A stretch of DNA of 64,000 nucleotides, taken from Bacteroidota bacterium (GTDB lineage Bacteria; Bacteroidota; Bacteroidia; Bacteroidales; BM520). The position numbers and the translations under genes were made by a program. Under the pieces are notes generated by a model. That model was not told the DNA's origin and made no database searches. It saw nothing but the letters and a program-made list of their open reading frames with translations. Of this stretch, positions 56,784-64,000 are shown piece by piece (the stretch's first letter is position 1; each line of letters starts with the position of its first letter). Location: positions 47 through 64,046 of the forward strand of contig PDRJ01000035.1 of the NCBI GenBank assembly GCA_002748065.1, given 5' to 3'.

Positions 56784-57752
56784 ATGAAATCGCTCATCCA
56801 TCTCTCCATCTTCTTTATCGTGTTGAGTATGCTTGCATGCCATAGTAAGCACAATACGTCTGTCGAACCCCTCTCAATCATTCGCTATGAAGAGGATCTC
56901 TTTCAGATTGATACGGGAAAGATCTCGGGGGAACTAAAAAGACTTCAATCTCGGTATCCTCTCTTTTTGAGTAACGATCTTAACAAACGGGAGAACCTAC
57001 AGCAAATCTCGGACTACCTCAACGATCCCATGATCCAGGAATTGTACAACGAGACCCATCAAAAGTACTCCTCCCTTACCTTGCTGGAGCAGCAGCTAGG
57101 AACGATAATGGCAAATTATAAAAAGGCGGTGCCTCTCGCCCCAAAGATCACGGTCTACACCTATGTCAGCGGACTGGACTTTGAACATCCCATCATCTAT
57201 TTTGATACGACCATACTTATTGCCCTGGACATGTACCTCAACCCCAACTGTGACTATTATGACCGGTTAGGGATTCCCCGATACATCAGTCGACGGTTTG
57301 AAGAGGGGCATATTGCCCGGGATGTGGCAGAGGTCATCATTCAAAGCGGTGTTTCTCCTCCCTCCGACAATGTCCTCCTGGCCCATATGATAGCGGAGGG
57401 AAAAACAGTTTGGGGAATCACTCAGCTGCTGCCTGACTTACCCGATCATCTTGCCCTAAACTACACCAAAGCGCAATTTCGATGGTGTGAAGAACATGAG
57501 CGTGAGCTATGGACATTCCTGCTAAAAAACGATTACCTCTTCTCCTCCAATGCCGCTGTCAAAAAGGACTTTTTGCAAGAGGGGCCCTCTACCAAAGAGT
57601 TTGGAAACGAAGCCCCGGCCATGCTCGGGAAATACCTGGGATGGAAAATCGTTCAATCCTTTCACAAAAAGCATCCCAAAGAGTCAATGCTAACAATCCT
57701 GGGGCACGAGAGAGAGAACGAAATACTGCAACAAGCAGGATACAAACCTTAG
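56784..57752 (+). CDS. gldB: gliding-motility lipoprotein GldB-like
   Basis: A lipoprotein signal (FFIVLSMLAC) and IIRYEEDLF...RYPLFLS resemble the GldB N-terminus as I recall it. The nadE neighbourhood is consistent with this call. Confidence 0.55.
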   Translation: MKSLIHLSIFFIVLSMLACHSKHNTSVEPLSIIRYEEDLFQIDTGKISGELKRLQSRYPLFLSNDLNKRENLQQISDYLNDPMIQELYNETHQKYSSLTLLEQQLGTIMANYKKAVPLAPKITVYTYVSGLDFEHPIIYFDTTILIALDMYLNPNCDYYDRLGIPRYISRRFEEGHIARDVAEVIIQSGVSPPSDNVLLAHMIAEGKTVWGITQLLPDLPDHLALNYTKAQFRWCEEHERELWTFLLKNDYLFSSNAAVKKDFLQEGPSTKEFGNEAPAMLGKYLGWKIVQSFHKKHPKESMLTILGHERENEILQQAGYKP

Positions 57753-57815
57753 TCCTCTTCCGAAGGTCACATTTTCAGCTTTTAGGTATTAACAAACAGA
57801 AAAGGTTTGTCTGTT

Positions 57816-59354
57816 ATGTTAGTAAAGACTTTTGGCAGTGCGATCACGGGAGTCTCAGCACGCTGTATCACCGTAGAGACTAGTGTGGAGAGTGGCGTAA
57901 ACATCTTCATGGTAGGGCTACCTGACAGTGCTGTAAAGGAGAGCCATCATCGTATTGAGACCGCCCTAAAGAGCATTGGGTACCGTATTCCCGGCAAGAA
58001 GATTGTCATCAATATGGCACCGGCAGACATCCGCAAGGAGGGTTCCGCCTACGACCTCACCATTGCCGTTGGCATTTTAGGTGCTTCGGGGCAGATGCGT
58101 CACGAGCATATCCACGAATACATTATCATGGGAGAGCTAAGCTTAGATGGCTCCATCCACCCCATAAAGGGGATGCTTCCCATTGCAATACAAGCCCAGA
58201 AGGAGGGTTTCAAGGGACTTATTATTCCAAAGCAGAATGCCAAGGAGGGAGCCATTGTCAATGACCTTGAGGTTTATGGGGTAACAAATATCAAAGAGGT
58301 CATTCATTTCTTTGATGGCCAGAAGGCATTGACACGAACCCGCGTCAATACCCGTGAAACCTTCTTTTCACGGCTCAACGACTACGACTACGATTTTTCC
58401 GATGTCAAGGGACAAGAGAACATCAAAAGGGCCTTGGAGATTGCGGCGGCAGGAGGACACAACTGCATTCTCATTGGCCCTCCCGGGTCGGGAAAAACCA
58501 TGCTTGCCAAACGCCTCCCCTCCATTCTCCCTCCCCTCACCCTTCATGAAGCGCTAGAGACCACAAAGATCCACAGCGTTGCCGGAAAACTAGGAAACGA
58601 CAGCTCTCTCATCTCGGTACGCCCCTTCCGCTCACCCCACCACACCATCTCTGACGCGGGATTGGTGGGTGGCGGAACCTTTCCTCAACCCGGAGAAATC
58701 TCCTTGGCACACCATGGGGTCCTCTTTCTGGACGAACTCCCGGAGTTTAAGCGTACCGCCTTGGAGGTCATGCGACAACCCATGGAAGATCGAATCGTCA
58801 CCATCTCTCGTGCTAGACAAACCCTCAACTTTCCGGCATCCTTCATGCTTATCGCCGCCATGAATCCCTGTCCCTGTGGCTACTACAACCACCCTGAACA
58901 GGAATGCAGTTGTGCCCCCGGAATCGTTCAAAAGTACCTCAACAAAATTAGTGGTCCCTTAATGGATCGCATTGACCTCCATGTGGAAGTGGTACCCGTC
59001 CCCTTCCGAAAACTTGCCGACGCCAGCAGTGGCGAAGCGAGCCGAACCATTCGACAACGGGTAATCAGAGCAAGAGAGATACAGCAGGTTCGTTTTGAAA
59101 AAGAGAAAAAGACGCACTGCAACGCCCAAATGTCTACCAAACAGCTACAACAATACTGCCGCCCCGATGCCGCCTCCAGCGAACTCTTAAAAAATGCCAT
59201 GGAACGACTCAACCTCTCTGCCCGCGCTTATGACCGCATCCTCAAGGTAAGTCGTACCATTGCTGACCTGGATCACATGGAGTCCATCACCCAACAACAC
59301 GTGGCCGAAGCCATTCATTTTCGGAGCTTAGATAGGGAATCATGGGGAACATAG
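57816..59354 (+). CDS. YifB/ComM family Mg-chelatase-like AAA+ ATPase
   Basis: A Lon-like N-terminal domain is followed by GPPGSGKTMLA, GVLFLDELPEF, a Cys-rich insert (MNPCPCGYY) and a C-terminal ChlI-like domain. Confidence 0.9.
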   Translation: MLVKTFGSAITGVSARCITVETSVESGVNIFMVGLPDSAVKESHHRIETALKSIGYRIPGKKIVINMAPADIRKEGSAYDLTIAVGILGASGQMRHEHIHEYIIMGELSLDGSIHPIKGMLPIAIQAQKEGFKGLIIPKQNAKEGAIVNDLEVYGVTNIKEVIHFFDGQKALTRTRVNTRETFFSRLNDYDYDFSDVKGQENIKRALEIAAAGGHNCILIGPPGSGKTMLAKRLPSILPPLTLHEALETTKIHSVAGKLGNDSSLISVRPFRSPHHTISDAGLVGGGTFPQPGEISLAHHGVLFLDELPEFKRTALEVMRQPMEDRIVTISRARQTLNFPASFMLIAAMNPCPCGYYNHPEQECSCAPGIVQKYLNKISGPLMDRIDLHVEVVPVPFRKLADASSGEASRTIRQRVIRAREIQQVRFEKEKKTHCNAQMSTKQLQQYCRPDAASSELLKNAMERLNLSARAYDRILKVSRTIADLDHMESITQQHVAEAIHFRSLDRESWGT

Positions 59355-59417
59355 TGCCTCGCTGCAAGAGAACGCTTTTCCCGCAAACAGAAGATAGCCT
59401 CGACACAACAAAAATGC

Positions 59418-59425
59418 TATCTTTG
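59418..59425 (+). promoter_or_regulatory. -7 box TATCTTTG, 36 nt before the ABC ATPase ATG
   Basis: Exact TAnnTTTG in the intergenic gap. Confidence 0.4.
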
Positions 59426-59461
59426 CGTATTCTTTGTACGTAATTCGTTTTACCTCCGTTT

Positions 59462-60202
59462 ATGGCACGAAAAGAAATTATCCGACTCACACATATTAGC
59501 AGACACTTCCAAGTGGGGGAGATCACAGTCAAGGCATTGAACGACCTCTCTCTCTCCATCAAAGAGAACGAGTTTGTGGCCTTAATGGGCCCTTCGGGAT
59601 CGGGGAAAAGCACCCTAATGAACCTGTTGGGCTGCCTCGACACCCCCACAGAAGGTCACTATCACCTTAATGGGATTGATGTAAGCACCATGAATGATGA
59701 TAAGTTGGCTAAGATTCGCAACGAGGAGATCGGTTTTATTTTCCAAACGTTCAATCTTCTGCCACGGGCTACCACATTGGAGAATGTGATGTTGCCCCAG
59801 GTTTACGCAGGCTTTAACAAACACGACCGAATACAAAATGCCCAGAGAGTTCTCCGGAGAGTTAACCTGGAAAACCGCATGGAACATCGCCCCAACGAGC
59901 TCTCCGGGGGGCAACGCCAGCGGGTAGCCATTGCCCGAGCGCTGATCAACAACCCATCGCTTATCCTTGCGGACGAGCCTACGGGGAACCTTGACACCAA
60001 AACATCCCTGGAGATCATGACACTGTTGGAAGAGATCCATCAAATGGGCAACACCATTGTTATCGTCACCCACGAAGAGGAGATTGCCCTCCACGCCCAA
60101 CGCATCATTCGTATGCGTGACGGCATGATTGAATCCGATAGCATAAACGATACCCCACGAACAATCCATTCAGAGAAAGAACTCATTGCCAAAAATCCAT
60201 AA
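59462..60202 (+). CDS. ABC transporter ATP-binding protein (MacB/LolD/FtsE-like)
   Basis: [35 protein letters not shown] and [11 protein letters not shown] motifs are present. No permease gene is adjacent. Confidence 0.88.
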   Translation: MARKEIIRLTHISRHFQVGEITVKALNDLSLSIKENEFVALMGPSGSGKSTLMNLLGCLDTPTEGHYHLNGIDVSTMNDDKLAKIRNEEIGFIFQTFNLLPRATTLENVMLPQVYAGFNKHDRIQNAQRVLRRVNLENRMEHRPNELSGGQRQRVAIARALINNPSLILADEPTGNLDTKTSLEIMTLLEEIHQMGNTIVIVTHEEEIALHAQRIIRMRDGMIESDSINDTPRTIHSEKELIAKNP

Positions 60203-60204
60203 CG

Positions 60205-60771
60205 ATGCCAAAACAGGAGCATAAGATCTACACAAAAGGAGGCGATAAAGGGAAAACCTCTCTCCTGGGGGGTACCAGAGTATCCAAGTCACATATCCGG
60301 GTGGAGACCTACGGCACCATTGATGAATTGGTAGCCCTTTTAGGCATGGTACGGGATCACGACTTAACCCCCTCCCTAGAAAAAGAGCTGTTAAAGATCC
60401 AGGAGCGCCTCTTCACGGCAGAGGCTTGGGTTGCAGCGGAAGATCCCTCTCTAACGGAAAACCTCCCCCCCCTCTACGAGGAGGATATCCACGACCTGGA
60501 ACGAGCCATTGACAAAATGAACGAAGGACTCCCCCCCCTGACTCTCTTCATTCTTCCGGGGGGACACCCGGCCGTCTCTTCGTTGCAATTTGCCTGCACC
60601 GTATGCCGCAGAGCAGAACGCACACTCATCAAAATGATGGAGACGGAAAAGGTCAATCCCATCATCGCAAAATACCTTAACAGGCTTTCGGACTACCTTT
60701 TCGTAGCGGGAAGAGTGATGGCTCAATGGCACAAAATAGAACCAACTCCCTGGATACCAGACAAAAAATAA
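60205..60771 (+). CDS. ATP:cob(I)alamin adenosyltransferase (PduO type)
   Basis: IYTKGGDKGKTSL, ETYGTIDEL and FILPGG motifs are present. Confidence 0.88.
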   Translation: MPKQEHKIYTKGGDKGKTSLLGGTRVSKSHIRVETYGTIDELVALLGMVRDHDLTPSLEKELLKIQERLFTAEAWVAAEDPSLTENLPPLYEEDIHDLERAIDKMNEGLPPLTLFILPGGHPAVSSLQFACTVCRRAERTLIKMMETEKVNPIIAKYLNRLSDYLFVAGRVMAQWHKIEPTPWIPDKK

Positions 60772-60809
60772 TTTTTACCTATCCCCTCTCTCCTCCCTTA
60801 AAAAAACTG

Positions 60810-60839
60810 TTGACTTCTTTTGAAAAAAAATTACTTTTG
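60810..60839 (+). promoter_or_regulatory. full Bacteroidota promoter TTG-N19-TACTTTTG, 49 nt before the DUF2795 ATG
   Basis: TTG at 60810-60812 and TACTTTTG at 60832-60839 are spaced 19 nt apart, as in the published Bacteroides consensus. Confidence 0.5.
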
Positions 60840-60888
60840 CAAAAAAAATGGGCAGGATTAAAACGACTATTCATAAATCTATTTTTGT

Positions 60889-61110
60889 ATGTACTGGACT
60901 CTTGAATTAGCCTCCAAACTGGAAGATGCTCCCTGGCCTTGCACCAAAGAGGAGTTGATTGACTACAGCATCCGATCCGGAGCACCACAGGAAGTGATAG
61001 AAAACCTTCAAGAGATTGAGGATGAGGGTGATGTGTACGACAGTATCGAAGATATCTGGCCGGACTACCCGACCAAGGAGGACTTCTTCTTTCACGAAGA
61101 TGAGTATTAA
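60889..61110 (+). CDS. DUF2795 domain protein
   Basis: The ORF is 73 aa. L..APWPCTKEELIDYSIRSGAPQEVIENL matches the DUF2795 pattern as I recall it. Confidence 0.7.
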   Translation: MYWTLELASKLEDAPWPCTKEELIDYSIRSGAPQEVIENLQEIEDEGDVYDSIEDIWPDYPTKEDFFFHEDEY

Positions 61111-61124
61111 AACCTCCCGCAAAA

Positions 61125-61158
61125 AAGTGCTACGAAATAATTCATAGCACTTTTTTTT
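61125..61158 (+). terminator. rho-independent terminator after the DUF2795 gene
   Basis: AAGTGCTA-(12-nt loop)-TAGCACTT is followed by TTTTTTT. Confidence 0.65.
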
Positions 61159-61165
61159 ACCTTTG
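61158..61165 (+). promoter_or_regulatory. -7 box TACCTTTG, 93 nt before the secA ATG
   Basis: Exact TAnnTTTG directly after the preceding terminator. Confidence 0.35.
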
Positions 61166-61258
61166 TGCCTTAAGGGGTAGGTGTCATTACGGCAGAACCC
61201 CTCCGGAGGAACGATTTTTGTCATCCGGATTATTATTTTTCACTAGCGACAAGAAATC

Positions 61259-64000
61259 ATGGCGAATTTTCTAAAAAATCTTTTCGGAACAAAATCACAA
61301 CGCGATATAAAATCAATTCTTCCCTACACCAAAAACGTGGCCAAGCTATACCCTTCCATTCAAAAGCTTTCCCACGATGAGTTGCGGGGAAAGACCCTGG
61401 AATTCAAAAAAAGAATTGCAGAGGCCACCCAGGAGATTGATCAACGTATAGCCTCCCTTAAATCACAAGTAGCAGAAGAGCATGAGATGATGCCGGATAA
61501 AAAAGAGGAGATCTATAACCAAATTGACAACCTGGATAAGGAGCGGTATAACAAAGTACAAAAAGTACTTGATGAGATTCTCCCTGAAGCCTTCGCCGTG
61601 ATAAAATCCACCGCCGAACGTTTTACCCAGAACGAAGAGATTGAAGTAACCGCCACACCATATGATCGCGACCTCTCTGCCGAATCAGAACACATTGAAA
61701 TCCGAGATGACAAAGCCATCTACCACAACCGTTGGATGGCGGGGGGAAACCTCACGGAGTGGAACATGATCCACTATGACGTACAGCTTATTGGCGGTGT
61801 CGTACTTCACCAGGGAAAGATCGCTGAGATGGCTACAGGAGAAGGAAAGACCCTGGTGGCCACACTCCCGGTCTATCTCAACGCCCTCTCAGGAGACGGG
61901 GTCCATGTGGTTACAGTAAACGACTACCTGGCAAAGCGTGACTCCGAATGGATGGGAGTCCTCTACCAATTTCATGGACTTAGCGTCGACTGCATCGACA
62001 AACATAAACCCAACTCTGAGGCACGAAGAAAAGCCTACAACTGCGACATCACCTTTGGAACGAACAACGAGTTTGGTTTTGACTACTTACGTGACAATAT
62101 GACCGGTGACCCCAACGAGTTGGTACAACGCAAACACAACTTTGCCATTGTGGATGAGGTGGACTCGGTACTGGTGGATGATGCCAGAACTCCGTTGATC
62201 ATCTCCGGACCCACACCTAAGGGAGAAGATCAAGAGTTTGATGAATATAAACCCCTGGTGGAAAAGCTCTACAATAACCAACGGACCCTCGTCACCAAGA
62301 TATTGGCAGAAGCCAAACACATTTTACATAACAACCCCTCCCCCGAAGAGGAGAAAAAGGGGGCAGAGCTTCTTTTCCGGGCTTATCGTGGTCTCCCAAA
62401 AAACAAGGCCCTCATCAAATTCTTATCAGAACCGGGGATGAAAGCACTCATGCAAAAAACAGAGAACTTCTACCTCGGAGAACAAGGAAAACACATGCAC
62501 ATTATCGACGACGAACTCTTCTTCGTCATCGATGAGAAAGTCAACTCTATTGACCCCACAGAGAAGGGAATTGAGTTGATGAATAGAATGGTGAATGACG
62601 AGGCTTTCTACTACATTCCTGATGTGGGCGCAGAGATTGCCAACCTGGAAAAAGAGGATCTTCCGGCGGAGGAGATGACACAAAAGAAAAACGAACTACT
62701 CAACGAGTTCTCCCTAAAATCCGAACGAGTACATACGGTAAACCAGCTCCTCAAGGCATACGCCCTCTTTGAGCGGGATGTAGAGTACGTGATTATGGAC
62801 AACAAGGTGAAAATCGTTGATGAACAGACCGGACGTATCATGGAGGGGCGCCGCTACTCGGACGGCTTACACCAAGCGATTGAGGCCAAGGAGAACGTAA
62901 AGGTGGAAGCCGCCACTCAAACCTATGCCACCATCACCCTGCAGAACTACTTCCGGATGTACAGCAAGCTCTCCGGTATGACGGGTACCGCGGAGACAGA
63001 AGCCGGTGAGTTCTGGGATATTTACGAACTTGATGTGGTGGTTATCCCCACCAACAAACCCATTGCCAGGGATGACAGGGAAGATCTCGTGTACAAAACA
63101 AAGCGGGAGAAATTCAACGCGGTGGGTAATGAAATAGAGAAGTTGGTGGCTGAAAAACGCCCCGTTCTAGTGGGTACCACCTCTGTAGAGACCTCAGAGC
63201 TTCTCAGCCGGATGCTCAAAAGAAAACGAATCGACCACAATGTCCTTAACGCCAAGCTTCACGCTCGTGAAGCCGACATCGTAAGGGATGCGGGGCAACC
63301 GGGAGTGGTCACCATCGCCACCAACATGGCCGGACGGGGAACCGACATCAAGCTCGGTGAAGGCGTCAAAGAGGCCGGAGGATTGGCCATTATCGGTACC
63401 GAGCGTCACGACTCCCGGCGTGTGGATCGACAGCTTCGAGGACGTGCCGGCCGTCAAGGAGACCCTGGAAGTTCGCAATTCTACGTCTCCCTGGAAGATG
63501 ATCTCATGCGAATGTTCGGCTCCGAACGAATCGCCAAAGTGATGGATCGCTTGGGTCTGCAGGAGGGAGAAGAGATTCAACACTCCATGATTACAAGCTC
63601 TATCGAAAGAGCCCAAAAGAAAGTGGAAGAGAACAACTTTGGCGTGCGAAAAAGATTGTTGGAGTACGATGATGTGATGAATAGCCAACGGGATGTGATC
63701 TACAAAAAACGGAGACATGCCCTCTTTGGAGAACGCCTTAGCGTAGACCTGGCCAATATGATTTACGATACCATTGAGGCGACTATCGTGGAGTATCAAG
63801 ACAGTAGAGATCCTGAAGGCTTCCGAATGGAAATGCTGGCAGCCCTTAATGCCGATATCCGGGTAGAGGACAAAGAGTTTCTGGGGAAAGACAGTGCCAA
63901 ATTTGCTGACACAATTTTTGAGAACCTCTATAAAACCTACACAGAAAAACAGGCTAGAATCGCCGAAAGAGCCTATCCCATCATCAAAAATGTGGTAGAG
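61259..64000 (+). CDS. secA: preprotein translocase ATPase SecA (3' end beyond window)
   Basis: This gene is absent from the ORF track because no stop falls in the window. It translates to [16 protein letters not shown]...[14 protein letters not shown]...VNDYLAKRD...[23 protein letters not shown]...[13 protein letters not shown]... Confidence 0.93.
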   Translation, partial: MANFLKNLFGTKSQRDIKSILPYTKNVAKLYPSIQKLSHDELRGKTLEFKKRIAEATQEIDQRIASLKSQVAEEHEMMPDKKEEIYNQIDNLDKERYNKVQKVLDEILPEAFAVIKSTAERFTQNEEIEVTATPYDRDLSAESEHIEIRDDKAIYHNRWMAGGNLTEWNMIHYDVQLIGGVVLHQGKIAEMATGEGKTLVATLPVYLNALSGDGVHVVTVNDYLAKRDSEWMGVLYQFHGLSVDCIDKHKPNSEARRKAYNCDITFGTNNEFGFDYLRDNMTGDPNELVQRKHNFAIVDEVDSVLVDDARTPLIISGPTPKGEDQEFDEYKPLVEKLYNNQRTLVTKILAEAKHILHNNPSPEEEKKGAELLFRAYRGLPKNKALIKFLSEPGMKALMQKTENFYLGEQGKHMHIIDDELFFVIDEKVNSIDPTEKGIELMNRMVNDEAFYYIPDVGAEIANLEKEDLPAEEMTQKKNELLNEFSLKSERVHTVNQLLKAYALFERDVEYVIMDNKVKIVDEQTGRIMEGRRYSDGLHQAIEAKENVKVEAATQTYATITLQNYFRMYSKLSGMTGTAETEAGEFWDIYELDVVVIPTNKPIARDDREDLVYKTKREKFNAVGNEIEKLVAEKRPVLVGTTSVETSELLSRMLKRKRIDHNVLNAKLHAREADIVRDAGQPGVVTIATNMAGRGTDIKLGEGVKEAGGLAIIGTERHDSRRVDRQLRGRAGRQGDPGSSQFYVSLEDDLMRMFGSERIAKVMDRLGLQEGEEIQHSMITSSIERAQKKVEENNFGVRKRLLEYDDVMNSQRDVIYKKRRHALFGERLSVDLANMIYDTIEATIVEYQDSRDPEGFRMEMLAALNADIRVEDKEFLGKDSAKFADTIFENLYKTYTEKQARIAERAYPIIKNVVE

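Overview
This is a 64-kb chromosomal segment from a member of the Bacteroidota. The assignment rests on T9SS C-terminal sorting domains, gldA/gldB, a FISUMP-domain protein, the recurrent TAnnTTTG -7 promoter box just upstream of start codons, and a tmRNA tag ending in ALAA. The anaerobe-type pyrK/pyrD-1B pair suggests a Bacteroidales- or Marinilabiliales-like organism. The window is densely packed with about 55 protein genes, mostly housekeeping: pepD, dnaN, prmA, tpiA, folP, cdaA, def, ruvX, dapD, tsaC, purB, pyrK/pyrD, metK, hutU, tgt, ispE, kdsB, trmB, nadE and secA (3' end cut by the window). There is one tmRNA gene (ssrA, 32590-32984) and no tRNA, rRNA, CRISPR array, transposase or integrase. 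I did not find a self-contained new multi-gene system of the defence-island kind. The features that ordinary annotation would not explain are listed here. (1) A ~150-nt TA-flanked MITE-like element with terminal inverted repeats occurs in four intergenic copies, and two of them sit exactly on stop codons. (2) A second repeat family has a conserved ~29-nt core and arms built from CGGAAGA/CGGAAGT heptamers, and it brackets a PKD-FISUMP gene. (3) The ruvX-def operon continues into a TPR lipoprotein, a GtrB/ArnC-like GT2 and a GT-C/TPR (TMTC-like) glycosyltransferase. (4) An internally duplicated DUF1599 protein and a MauE-like/thioredoxin-like membrane protein lie divergent from folP. (5) A sigma-54 activator lacks a DNA-binding domain and has a GSFTSA loop. 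(6) A GT9 glycosyltransferase is frameshifted and lies next to a DUF4254 gene. (7) An alkyltransferase-like (PAHRV) protein overlaps trmB. (8) Two very large secreted proteins are present, one of them highly modular. All functional calls come from reading the translated ORFs against remembered family signatures; no database search was possible.
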